In this document: positions 41,164 to 52,504 of the stretch, piece by piece
Numbering within the stretch: position 1 is the first letter of the stretch
Layout: the number at the start of each line of letters is the position of its first letter
Source: an uncultured Chloroflexia bacterium
GTDB lineage: Bacteria; Chloroflexota; Anaerolineae; B4-G1; SLSP01
NCBI GenBank assembly: GCA_963751345.1
Contig: CAVVUS010000037.1
Location: 1-64,000, forward strand
Direction of reading: 5' to 3'
DNA: 64,000 nucleotides
Notes under the pieces: model-generated
The model's database searches: none
What the model was told of the DNA's origin: nothing
Seen by the model: only the letters and a program-made list of their open reading frames with translations
Translations under genes and position numbers: made by a program

Positions 41164-42150
41164 ATGGAGCCCACCACGTCGCAGAATGATCTACCCAGGG
41201 TCCCCAAGGTAGCCCTGGGGCGCACCGGGATCGTCACTACCAAGCTTGGGCTCGGCACAGCGACCTGGCCCCATCAAGTGTCGTTTGAACAGACTATGGA
41301 GATGCTGCAGACGGCGCTCGACACGGGCATCCGGCACATCGACTGTGCGCCGCTCTACGGGACCGAGGTTATCATCGGGCAAGCGCTGCAGGAGATCGAC
41401 CTCCCTGACGATATCGTCATCGTCACCAAGGCAGGTTCGTATGCCGACCCGGAGCTCGGTATCCATTATACGGGCTACCGTGCCGGACAGATTCGCCGGT
41501 CGGTGGAGCGCAGCCTCAAACGCTTTGGCAGGGAGTTCCTCCACATTGTACACATTCACGACGTGGACACAGAGCACCTGGGACAGGTGTTGGGCAAAGG
41601 CGGCGCCCTGGAAGCACTGGTTGATCTCAAGAGCCAGGGCGTCATCGGCGCCATCGGTATGGGCACTATGGGGTTCGACTGCCTGCAGGCTGCCGTGGAC
41701 AGTGGCGCCGTCGACATCATCCAGGTTTTCCACACGTATACGCTGCTAAACCAGTCGGCAGCTAGCGAACTCTTCCCCTCGGCGCTGAAGAAGAACGTGT
41801 CGATCTTCAACTCTGCGCCCTACGCGGGCTACATCCTGGCCACGGGGGCGACGCCGGATGCGCGCTACAACTACGCGCCGGCTCCCCAAGGCGTGATCGA
41901 GGCCACACGCCGGATCGAAACCGTGCTGGCAACAAAGGGCGTGGACCTGCCTACGGCCGCCCTCGCCTTCTCGCTCCGCAACCCGGATATCGCCGTGACC
42001 ATACCTGCGTCCGGCATGCCCCAGCACGTTGCCCAGTGGGTCGCGGCGATGGAGACACACCCTGACCGATGCCGACTGGGAGGAGATCCTGGCTGCTGCG
42101 GGTGGCCAATACCCGCTGCGGCACTGACGATCACTCCTCCCCTGAGCTGA
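41164..42150 (+). CDS. Aldo/keto reductase (L-fucose / D-threo-aldose dehydrogenase-like); frameshift near 42060, true stop probably 42127
   Basis: LGRTG..T.LGLG, DCAPLYG.E, VTK and VHIHD motifs. Confidence 0.8.
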   Translation: MEPTTSQNDLPRVPKVALGRTGIVTTKLGLGTATWPHQVSFEQTMEMLQTALDTGIRHIDCAPLYGTEVIIGQALQEIDLPDDIVIVTKAGSYADPELGIHYTGYRAGQIRRSVERSLKRFGREFLHIVHIHDVDTEHLGQVLGKGGALEALVDLKSQGVIGAIGMGTMGFDCLQAAVDSGAVDIIQVFHTYTLLNQSAASELFPSALKKNVSIFNSAPYAGYILATGATPDARYNYAPAPQGVIEATRRIETVLATKGVDLPTAALAFSLRNPDIAVTIPASGMPQHVAQWVAAMETHPDRCRLGGDPGCCGWPIPAAALTITPPLS

Positions 42151-42163
42151 AAGGAGCCAAACG

Positions 42164-43324
42164 ATGAGGATCACGTCCCTGGAGACGCTCTGTCTATCCC
42201 GAATGCACGAGCCCGAGCGCCAGTGGGTCACCTCGCGCTACCGGACGGTCAAGGCCGACTGCGCTATCGTCCTCATCCACACGGACGAGGGTGTCACAGG
42301 TATCGGGGAAGCCAGTGCCTACGGATGGCCGCTGATGATCCGCGACTGGGTGAGTTGGCTGGAGCCGGAACTGGTCGGCAAGGATCCGCAGGATATGAGC
42401 ATCGCACCGCCGCCCAACGGCAGCGGGCGAGCGCACGATGCAGCCGTCGGCGGTATCGACTGCGCGCTCTGGGACCTCCGAGGCAAGATCGCGGGCAAGC
42501 GCGTCAGTGAACTGCTGAGTGACACTTCCCTGGACAGGGTGCGAGTCTACGCCTCCAGCGGCTGCAGGTACGATTGGCGGGATCGCCCGGAGCAGCTCAT
42601 CGAGGAGGCCGTGGGCTACATCGAGCAGGGCTTCACCGCGATGAAGTTCCGCATTGGAACCGAATGGGAATGGGACGGCGTGACGGTCGATCGGTTCCTC
42701 GGGCTGGTGCGGGAGCTGGCACAGGAGGTCGACGGCAGGATGGACCTGATGCTCGACGGTAACTGCCGCCTGACCGAGGACCAGTCGATGGCCGTGGCGA
42801 TGGAACTGGATCGGCTCGATTTCGCCTGGTTCGAGGAACCGATGCCGCGCGACCTGATCGATGCCCACACTCGCCTGGCAGCCGCAGTCGAGATGCCGAT
42901 CTCCGGCGGTGAGGTCTTCACCACGCTTTCCCAGTTCCGGCCATACCTCGATGCCCGCGCCTACGATATCGTACAGCCCGACGCCGCGCTCTGCGGCCTC
43001 ACCGAGGCGATGCGCATCGCGCGGGTGGCCCACCGCTACGGCGTGCCCACCGCACCCCATAGTTGGCACAACGGCCTGATGGCGATGGCGCACGCGCACT
43101 TCATCGCGGCGCTGCCCACCCCACTGATGCTCGAGGTCTGCCAGATCCAGGGACCGCTCCAATGGGCGATCCTGGCCGAGAAGCCGAAGATCGAGGACGG
43201 CTACCTGATCTTGCCCGAGGGTCCCGGCTTCGGCGTCTCGCTGGCGGACGATCTGGAGGCAACGTTCCCCTATATCGAGGGACATTACGCCGTGCAGGTA
43301 CAACGGCAAGGGATAGGTCAATAA
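42164..43324 (+). CDS. Mandelate racemase / enolase superfamily protein (probable sugar-acid dehydratase)
   Basis: IDCALWDLRGK, MKFR, LMLDGN, WFEEP, GGE, QPD, PHSW and PEGPGFG motifs. Confidence 0.88.
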   Translation: MRITSLETLCLSRMHEPERQWVTSRYRTVKADCAIVLIHTDEGVTGIGEASAYGWPLMIRDWVSWLEPELVGKDPQDMSIAPPPNGSGRAHDAAVGGIDCALWDLRGKIAGKRVSELLSDTSLDRVRVYASSGCRYDWRDRPEQLIEEAVGYIEQGFTAMKFRIGTEWEWDGVTVDRFLGLVRELAQEVDGRMDLMLDGNCRLTEDQSMAVAMELDRLDFAWFEEPMPRDLIDAHTRLAAAVEMPISGGEVFTTLSQFRPYLDARAYDIVQPDAALCGLTEAMRIARVAHRYGVPTAPHSWHNGLMAMAHAHFIAALPTPLMLEVCQIQGPLQWAILAEKPKIEDGYLILPEGPGFGVSLADDLEATFPYIEGHYAVQVQRQGIGQ

Positions 43325-44205
43325 TGGAAAAGTTCGCACCGCTGAATATGACACCAGACGAGATCGTCGACTACACGTACCTGTGGACCGGCGAACGCTT
43401 TGCCGACGGCCGGCCAAAGGTGCCGGACAGCTTGCTGGAGCGGGTGGCGCACGTCACCCTGACTCAAGCGTGGGGTGTACTGAGGAACGAGGGCTATCAT
43501 TGGCAGTACGAGGATGGCTTCGTCTGCACGCACCCAGGTGGTGTGCTTGTGGGGCGGGCCCTGACCGCGATGTACATGCCGCGGCGACCCGCGATGCGCA
43601 CGCTGATGGAGCAGAAAGGGGATCGGGCCGGGTGCATCGGCGACCAGATCTCCTGGCCCATCGATCTATTGGTGACGGGCGACGTCTACGTCGCCGACGT
43701 CTACGGCAAGCATGAGCAAGGGCCGATCATCGGCGACAACCTCTCCACGGCGATCTTCGCCAAGTCGGGCCGGGGCGTCGTGCACGACGCATCGGTGCGT
43801 GATATCGACGGCATCCGTGAGATCGAGGGCTTCGCCAGCTTCGTCCGTGGTTTTCACCCAACCTACGCCTCGCCCACTATTATGCTGGTCGGCGTGAATT
43901 GCCCCGTACGCATCGGACAGGTCACGGTGATGCCCGGCGATGTGGTCCTGGGCAAACACGAGGGCGTGATCTTCATCCCACCGCACCTGGTCGAGAAGGT
44001 CGTCGAGACGTCCGAGCTGATCCGGCTGCGAGATATGTTCGGAAAGCAGCGGCTCCGAGAGGGCAAGTACACGCCGGGTCAGATCGACACGCGCTGGGTC
44101 GACGAGATCGAGGCCGATTTCTCCCGGTGGCTGGAGAGTCACATCGAGCAGCTCCCCGTCCCCGCCGATGCAATCCAGAAGCTGCTCGAGGAACGCACGT
44201 GGTAG
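43324..44205 (+). CDS. RraA-like / HMG-aldolase family protein
   Basis: GERFADGRPKV, LVGRALT, IGDNL, VRDI and VMPGDVVLG..EGVIFIP motifs; TAATG coupling. Confidence 0.82.
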   Translation: MEKFAPLNMTPDEIVDYTYLWTGERFADGRPKVPDSLLERVAHVTLTQAWGVLRNEGYHWQYEDGFVCTHPGGVLVGRALTAMYMPRRPAMRTLMEQKGDRAGCIGDQISWPIDLLVTGDVYVADVYGKHEQGPIIGDNLSTAIFAKSGRGVVHDASVRDIDGIREIEGFASFVRGFHPTYASPTIMLVGVNCPVRIGQVTVMPGDVVLGKHEGVIFIPPHLVEKVVETSELIRLRDMFGKQRLREGKYTPGQIDTRWVDEIEADFSRWLESHIEQLPVPADAIQKLLEERTW

Positions 44206-47200
44206 CTGGAGATCTGGTCAACCTCGCCGACTTCGCCCATCTACGATGGTGGGAAGGGGCCGCGCCCGGATTCGATCCGCGCCCACGCCGTGACCGCCGA
44301 TGCCTCAGGCATGCTCAGGCCGGTCCAGATGGGGGATGGGACCTGGCACCTCGGGCTGGAGTGGGATGAACCACGGGATGTGTCACGCGTCGTGGTCACT
44401 TACTCCGATATAGGTGCCCACCCGACCTGCAGGTCGAGTATTGGCAGGCCAACTGGCCGACCCCGGCACCGGAGCGGCGAACAGGCGCTCGGCGCGGCTG
44501 GATCGGGCGAGACGATCCATGGCACGGCCGGTGGATCAGGGCGCGTGGCGTAAGCGTGGTCGATGGAGAGACCTGCGCCTTCGTCTTTGATCCCGTGGAC
44601 GGGCCTGAGCTCCGCCCCTGGGTGAGCTGGGAGGCGCTGGAGGAAGCAGAGGACTATTTGGCGCGGTTCAGGCGGACGCTCAAAGTGCGACTGGTCAGCG
44701 GCGGATCGGATGAGCCTATCGTAGAGCATCTCGAGGTCACATCCGGAAGCCGCTGGCGAGAAGGGCAGATCAGGGCTGTCCTCGACCATCCACGGGATGT
44801 GGCCTCCCATCAGGCATTTTGGGTCGAATCCGCCAACGGCCGCATCGCTGCATCCAAAGAGGTGGGAGATAACGAGGTGCACGTCCGCGTGCTGTACGCC
44901 GGTAACGACGCAGCAAGCGCGGATCGCACCATCCTCACCATCGGCGGGCCGGTCCCCACCTTCTCATTCCTGGTCGGCGACCTGGATCGCGGGCCGATCT
45001 ATCTGCCCGACTACGGTGTGACGGTCACCTGGGCCGACGTTCCCGCTCTCTCTTACCGACCTCAGGCAGCGGATCTCCAACGCGCCCCGACCCATCTACG
45101 ATCGGGTCCTTGACGAACCCGAGCAGTCGCTGGCACGGGCGATGGCCGAGATTCCACCGCTCGATGTCGAGAAGCAGGATTCCTATATGGGCTTGGGGCG
45201 GTATCTTCCGCTGGGGATCGACGGAGGCCGGCAGGAGTTCGCCCTGCGGCATAACGGCGAGCTCTTCGTCGCCAAGTCGCAGCTCAAGTTATCCGGGCGG
45301 GACGCAGCGCGCCTGCTCTGGGCAGGTCAGCAGATGCGCTTCCGTTTCGGCACCGGGGATCCGCCTGACTTCCGCGAGGCAGATCACCGCACCGAGCAGA
45401 CACTGCTCGAGGGTTGGCTCCCCGTAGTGATCAGCCGGTGGATGGACCGCGAGATGGCCTTCGAGGAGACCACTTTCGCGACCCTGCTCGACAAACCCAT
45501 TCGAGGCTCCCGCGAACGGCGCGGGGACGAGGACGTCGTCGCGATGACCAGGTTTGCGATCCGCAATACCACGCAAGGGCGTAAGCGGGCGCACCTGTGG
45601 CTCAATATCCTGCCGCAGGAATCCCTTCTCCTTGAGGACGGGATGCTCGTTGCCGAAGGGCGCGTCGTTCCGGATGTCGCCGTGGCGCGCCAGTGGCGCG
45701 TGGCGCCCTATCCGGCCCCCCGATTTCGCTGCGCGTTCGCCTCGGGAGGACGTGGCACGGCGCAGATCGTGACGATGACCGATGACCCACAGGCATCACA
45801 CGCCATCCCGACGGGCCTGCTCTACAGCGTCGACCTGGAAGGTGGGGAGACCCACGAAGTGACGTTGGCCATCCCCTTTGCGACACCGGTCGAAGACGGG
45901 GACATCGCCGCGATCGAAGCTCTGAACTTCGATCGCGAGCTCGCCGACATCTGTGACTACTGGCGACGAACAGTGGCCTCGGGTGGGCAGATGGTCGTGC
46001 CCGAGCAGGTGCTTGCGGACTTTCACAAGGCAGCCCGCGTGCACGTCGGAATCACCGCCGACAAGGATCCGGTCAACGGCCTGACGGTCGTCCCGGCTGC
46101 CACCTGGTCGTATGGCGCCTGCGGGAACGAGGCGTGCTGGCAGATCTCGATGCTCGACCAGGCGGGTCACCACGATCAGGCAGAGGATTATCTGGAGAGC
46201 TTCATCCGAACCCAGGGCATCCACAGACCCGATGGGCGCTTCGCTTCCAGCGATGGCGCCCTGGTGGCGATGGATTTCGACGGTGGGCGGCCTGTGATGG
46301 GCGGCTTTGCCTACAATCTCGACCAGGGCTTTATCATGGAGTGTCTCGCCGATCACTACCGCTATAGCGGCGACCGTACGTGGCTGGACCGTGTGACCCC
46401 TGCCTTGATCGCAGCGTGCGACTTCGTGGCCCGCGAACGAGCGCGGACGAAACAGCACGACGCACACGGCAGCGCCATCGAAGCCTGGGGCTTGCTGCCG
46501 GCGGGACATCTCGAAGACAACCCGGAGTGGCGTCATTGGTTCGCGGTGAACGCGCACGCCTACGCGGGGCTACGCGCTATTGCCGACGTGCTCACCGAGA
46601 TCGCTCATCCCGCCGGGGCCCGACTCCGACAGGAAGCCGCCAGCTATCGCGAGGATATCCGCGCCGCAGCGAGGCGAGCCATGGCTCGGTCACCGGTCGT
46701 CCGGCTGCTCGACGGTTCCTACGTGCCTCACGTCCCCACCCGGACCGGAATCCGCGGACGTGAGTCGGGCTGGTTCCGCGAGGCAGCCTACGGACCACTC
46801 CATCTGCTGGAGGGCGGCGTCTTCGACCCCAACGAGGACGAGGTCACGTGGATCCTCAAAGACCTGGAGGACAACCTCTTCGTGAGCCGGGAATGGGGCC
46901 GCCCGGTCGACCTGGAGCGCACATTGGTTCAGCCACGGCGGCGTTAGCGATTCAGGCCAACCTGATGGATCTCTCCATTGACTACCTCCGGCGAGGTCAG
47001 GTGAAGCACGCCCTGCGGGCACTCTTCAACAATTTCGGCGCTTCCCTCTATCCGGACGTGCGGACCTTCACGGAGCATCCGGTCGTCGAACTCGGTCACG
47101 GCGTCGGCCCCTTTTACAAATCATCGGACGAGAGCAAAGCACTCATTTGGCTGCGCCACTGCCTGCTCCACGAGGAAGGAGCCGCCCTTCACCTCTGCAA

Positions 47201-47510
47201 GTGCGCGCCCAGAGCGTGGTTCGTGCCGGGACGATCGTTCGGCGCTCGAGATATGGCCACCTTCTTCGGACACATCTCGTACGATGTGACGTCGACGTCC
47301 GAGCGGACGCAGGTGAACCTCACGCGCGACATCCGCCACGCTCGCGCGGGTCGACTCGGGTCGATAGTGCTGTATCTCCGGCGACCAGATGGAGCTGCGC
47401 CGGTCGAAATCCGCGTGAACGGAGTCACCCTACCATTGACAGCCTACAATGGCGAGACAATCACTCTCGCCCACCCTGCAGAGAGTGCGGAAGTCGAGGC
47501 GATCTACTGA
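44199..47510 (+). CDS. Large (~1100 aa) hypothetical protein with probable (alpha/alpha)6 glycosidase-like domain; about 5 frameshifts
   Basis: Consecutive + strand fragments (43899 tail, 44290, 44556, 45142, 46848); L.EGWLP, DHYRYSGDR.WL...P.LI.ACDF..RER, GLLPAG.LED and NAHAYAGL recall six-hairpin glycosidases. Confidence 0.55.
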
Positions 47511-47533
47511 ACGCATGAGACTCGGCGACCGGT

Positions 47534-47562
47534 TTGACGCAGATGTGTTATTGGATTACAAT
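47534..47562 (+). promoter_or_regulatory. Putative sigma70 promoter for the MFS-nagA unit
   Basis: TTGACG-17 nt-TACAAT. Confidence 0.6.
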
Positions 47563-47600
47563 GCAACTCGTAATTCAATTACACACAACAGGAGAGAGCC

Positions 47601-48930
47601 GTGAGCGAGAAATCCGCAACCGGAGACCGGAACGTGGCCTCCGTCGATAATCGACCCTGGGCCGCGTCCTTCTTTACCATCTGGATCGGACAGGCGCTTT
47701 CATTAGTAGGCAGCCGGATGGGCGGGTTCGCTCTCGTCTGGTGGCTGACCCAGGCCTCGGGTGGTTCCGCGACGGTGCTCGCCACCTCGTCGCTGGTGGC
47801 GATGCTACCGGGCGTCTTTCTGGCCCCGATTGCCGGGGCGTTGACAGATCGTTGGTCCCGACGACGTGTGATGATCTTGGCCGACGGTGTTGTTGCGCTT
47901 TTCTCGGCCTGGCTCGGGATTATGGCCTGGATGGGCACGCTGCAACTCTGGCATATCTACTTCATCATGTTCGTCCGAGCTCTGGGCGGGACCTTCCACT
48001 ACACTGCGATGCAGGCAGCCACCTCTCTCATGGTGCCTAGAGACCAGTTGGCCCGTGTCTCCGGGATGAACCAGACGCTCCAGGGCGTGATGACCGTCCT
48101 TACCCCACCCCTAGGGGCATTGGCGATGAGCGTGATGCCATTGCAAGCGATTATGGGAATCGATGTGGTCACCGCCGCCTTTGCCATCGGCCCCCTCTTC
48201 TTTGTTCATGTCATAGAACCGGCGCGCCGCCCGGAGACGGCGGGTGCAGGCCTCGTCCGAGGGCTGGCGCGAGATATCCGTGAGGGTTTCTCCTATATCT
48301 GGCATTGGCAGGGCATGTTCATCGTGCTGGTGGTCGCCGCGCTGCTCAATGGCATCATCAACCCGGCGTTTTCCCTGATGCCCATCCTGATCAGGAACCA
48401 CTTTGGTGGTGGTGTTCTGCAGTTGGGGTGGGCAGAGTCAGCCTGGGGCATCGGCTTGATCGCCGGCGGCCTGACGCTCAGCATCTGGGGAGGTTTCAAG
48501 CGCAAGAATCATGACCTCCTTGCTGGGGTTGATCGTGGCCGGCTTCAGCTTCGTCGCCGTCGGGTTCGTCCCATCCACGGGCCTTAACATGGCTCTGGGC
48601 GCGCTATTTGTGGCAGGACTCTCAAATCCCATCATCAACGGCCCCTTCTTCGCCATTCTCCAATCCGTCGTAGCTCCTGAGAAGCAAGGGCGCGTCTTCA
48701 CTACCGTCCAAAGCCTCGCAAGTCTGGCCTCGCCGGTAGGAATGGCCATCTCAGGTCCGTTGGCCGACGCCTTCGGCGTACAGGTATGGTTCATCATTGG
48801 CGGCATCGTTAGCCTCGCAATGGGCATTGGGCTCCGGGCCTTCCCCTCGGTAATGCAACTCGAGGGCCACGGCAAGGAGCACCCGTTCATAGAGGCCGTC
48901 CCGGTAGGTCGAGGTCGCGGTCCAGAATAG
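47601..48930 (+). CDS. MFS transporter (DHA3/MefA-like); frameshift near 48508
   Basis: FFTIWIGQALSLVGS, GALTDRWSRRRVMILAD and QSVVAPEKQGRVF motifs. Confidence 0.88.
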
Positions 48931-48942
48931 GAGAAAACTTAT

Positions 48943-50159
48943 ATGACCGTTGCCCTCTCTGGCGCCAAAGTCGTCACGCCGCTCGAAGTGATCCAGCCCG
49001 GCCTCGTCGTGATCGCCGGCGACGGCACGATCGCCTACGTCGGGCCTCCGGAGAATGCACCCCGTCCACTGACGATAGAGAACGCTCGCAAGCTTCCGGA
49101 CCTTGCGAGCGCGGGATCGTGGTGGCACCGGGGTTCATCGACATTCACACCCACGGCGGTGATGGCGTCACCTTTGGCCAGGGCGACGATTTACAGGGAG
49201 ACTTACGAACCTACACCGGCTGGGTAGCCTCAACCGGCGTGACGGGGTTCCTCTGCAGCGTCGCCGCGCCCGATCCGGCGGCGCTCCAGGCGCTCGTCCG
49301 CTCCTACGTAGAGCTATTCGAACAGGCGACGTTTACCGGCGCCCGGCCGCTGGGGCTCCATCTGGAAGGCCCCTACCTGAACCCCGAGAAAAAGGGGGCG
49401 TTCAACGAAGCATGGCTCCGGCGCCCATTGATCGACGAGGTTCGCGAGCTTCTGGAGGCCGGGCAGGGCTGGATTCGCCAGATGACGTTGGCGCCCGAGC
49501 TGCCGCAGGCCACCGAGGTGGCGGGCTTGTTGCGGAGCGCCGGGGTCGTCGCCGCGCTGGGGCACTCCAATGCCGACTACGCCACGGCGGCGGCAGCACT
49601 GGCCCACGACTTCACGCACGTCACGCACACATTCAACGCCCAACGAGGATTCCACCACCGGGAGCCGGGCGTCCTCGGCGCCGTGCTGAGCTCCGACCGC
49701 GTCACGGCGGAGCTCATCGCCGACACCGTCCACGTCCACCCCGGGGCAATGAAGGTGATGGTGCGCTGCCTTGGATCGGATCGCGTCGTCCTCATCACGG
49801 ACGCTATGGCTGCGGCGGGTCTTGGCGACGGTGAATACGAGCTGGTGGGGGAACAGGTGTTCGTCAGGGACGGGGTTGCGCGGCAGGCCGGCGGGACGAT
49901 CGCCGGCAGCACCGCGACGCTGAACCGGTGCGTCCGCAACATGGTCGAGGCGGTCGGGGTCCCCCTGCCGGATGCCGTCAAGATGGCAACGCTGAACCCG
50001 GCGCGCGTCCTCCACATGGACAACCACCAGGGCGTTCTGGCCCCCGGTCGAGAGGCCACGCTCACCGTTTTGGACCCCGACTTCAACGTGATGATGACGA
50101 TGGTGCGAGGCCAAGTCGTCTACAGAAAGACCACTGGAGAAATGTGTGATCAGCTATGA
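48943..50159 (+). CDS. nagA: N-acetylglucosamine-6-phosphate deacetylase; frameshift near 49100
   Basis: [50 protein letters not shown] and IAGS motifs. Confidence 0.9.
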
Positions 50160-51211
50160 GCCTTAAGGAAGAGATCTTTGAGCAGCCCACCGTCGTTCGG
50201 CGATTGATCGAGACCCAGTGGTCCACGGTCAAGTCGATTGCCGATCGGATCAAACAGATGCAGGCCTCCGCCTCCCCCATCGATTACGTCTTCCTGACGG
50301 CGCGTGGCACCTCCGACCACGCAGGCCTATACGCCAAGTACCTCTGGGGCGCCTACAACAGGCTGCCGATCGCGCTTGCTGCGCCGTCGCATTTCAGCAT
50401 CTACCACCGCCCGCCCCGCCTCAACCATGCTCTTGTCGTCGGGATTTCCCAGTCGGGTCAGTCACCGGACATCGTCAGCGTATTGGCCGAGGCCCGGCGC
50501 CAGGGGGCGCCGACACTGTCGATTACAAACGCACCGGACTCCCCCCTGGCCGAGGTCAGCGACTGGGTGATCGACACCGGCGCGGGGCCTGAGGTGGCTG
50601 TTGCGGCGACCAAAACGTATACAGCGCAACTCGCCGCTATTGCCCTGCTCTCGGTCGCGCTCGACGACGCGAACGGCGAGCGACGTGAAGCCCTCGACCA
50701 AGTGACCCGCTAGATGACGTGGGTTCTCGAGGCCGACGACCAAATCCAGCGCATTGCCGAACGATATCGCTATATGAACCAGTGTGTGGTTCTGGGCCGA
50801 GGCTACAACTATGCAACGGCCTACGAGTGGGCGCTCAAGTTGAAGGAGCTTACCTACGTCGTCACCGCCCCCTACTCCTCGGCGGATTTCCAGCACGGAC
50901 CGATCGCGATGGTCGCCCAGGGGTTCCCTGTCTTTGCCGTGATGCCAGACGGAGAGGTCTTCGGTGATCTCATGGAACTCGTCACCACACTGAAGACCGC
51001 CTACAAGGTCGAGCTGCTCGTGATCTCCAATCACGACCGAGCGTTGGCCCTCGCCGATCGCGCCATCCCGCTGCCCGATGGTCTTCCCGAGTGGCTGAGC
51101 CCGCTCGTGGCCATCGTGCCGGGCCAGCTCTTCTGCTATCACCTGACCCGGGCCAAAGGATTCGACACCGAGAATCCGCGGATGCTGAGCAAGGTGACGA
51201 GGACGGAGTGA
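50156..51211 (+). CDS. Double-SIS sugar-phosphate isomerase/deaminase (GlmS C-terminal-like, NagB-II type), interrupted by an in-frame TAG at 50711-50713
   Basis: [31 protein letters not shown], then (after the TAG) [21 protein letters not shown] and LSKVTRT; both ORFs are in the same frame. Confidence 0.85.
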
Positions 51212-51255
51212 GCAAATCGGCGAGTCCGCGAATGTAAGAAGGGAGAGTCAGTGAT

Positions 51256-52489
51256 ATGACCGAACCGAAAATGTCCGATTCCCGTTCTTTCCCTCCACGC
51301 GGGCACTTCGGCGAGGAGGAGAAAGCAGCGGTTGACGCCTTGCTCGATGAGGCCATCGAAACCGGCACCGCGCCAGGCTACAACGGTCGCGAGGAGGAGT
51401 CCTATTGTGCCGAGTTCTCGACCTTCCTGGGCGGGGGCTTCACCGATGCCGTGAGCTCCGGCACCGCCGGCATCTACGTGGCACTGCGGGCATTGGATCT
51501 CGAACCCCTCTCCGAGGTTATCGTCGGGGCGATGACCGATCCGGGTGGCCTGATGCCCATTCCACTTCTGAACCTGATCCCGATGATCGCCGACACGGCG
51601 CCGGGATCCTACAACACGGGGCCCGAGGAGATCGAGGCACTCCTCTCCCCCAGGACCGGCGCCATCGTGGTGCCGCACATCGCGGGAGAGCCGGCGGATA
51701 TCGCGGGCATCATGGAGATCGCAAAGCCTCGCGGCATCCCGGTCATTGAGGATTGCTCGCAGTCGCACGGCGCCCTGCTCCACGGACGTCACGTCGGCAC
51801 GTTTGGCGACATTGGCGTCTTTTCGACGATGTTCGGCAAGCACCACAGTTCCGGGGGACAGGGCGGCCTGGTCTTCACCCGTGACGAGACGCTCTACCAC
51901 ACGATCCGTCGTGCCTCGGATCGTGGCAAGCCCTTCTTCCTACCGGAGGGCTCGACCAACACCATCGCGTCGCTCAACCTCAACCTCAACGACCTGGCTG
52001 CAGCCATCGGCCGGGTGCAGCTACGCAAGCTGCCGCAGATCATCGAGCGGCGACGGGACATCGCCGCGAAGCTGGCGGATGGCGTCCGAGACCTCGCCTG
52101 CGTCTCCATCCCAGACCCTATCGAGGGCGCCGAGCCCAGCTACTGGTTCTTGCGCATGAGATTCCACCCGGAGGCCGCGACCGTCGAGCAAGGCTGAGTT
52201 CTGTCGTGCGCTGACTGAGGCGGGCCTGCCCGTGATGGTCGATTACTCGGGCGCGATGCCCCACACGATGGACTGGTTCGTCCATCGCCGGGTCTTTGGC
52301 CACAGCGGCTATCCCTGGTCCAACCCGGACTACAAGGGCGACCCCGACCGCCAATTCCCCTGTCCCAACGCGCACGCAGCCATCGCGTCGCACTTCAACC
52401 TGATGATCCACGAAGGCTGGAGCGACCAAGATATCGAGGATGTGCTGGCAATCCTTAGGGGCGCCAATGCAGCGCTGCAACGCGCGTAG
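51256..52489 (+). CDS. DegT/DnrJ/EryC1/StrS family aminotransferase (atypical); frameshift near 52190
   Basis: VSSGTAG, IEDCSQSHGA, VGTFGDIGVFSTMFGKHHSSGGQGG and IGRVQL.KL motifs. Confidence 0.85.
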
Positions 52490-52504
52490 AGCCTGGCCTT
52501 TCTC

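Noticed and set aside
47601-48930. Macrolide resistance gene mefA
   Set aside because: Only family-level DHA3 similarity; no msrD or mobile context.
52185-52235. TGA readthrough in the second DegT gene
   Set aside because: The protein continues in another frame (KAEFCRALTEAGLPV), so this is an indel.
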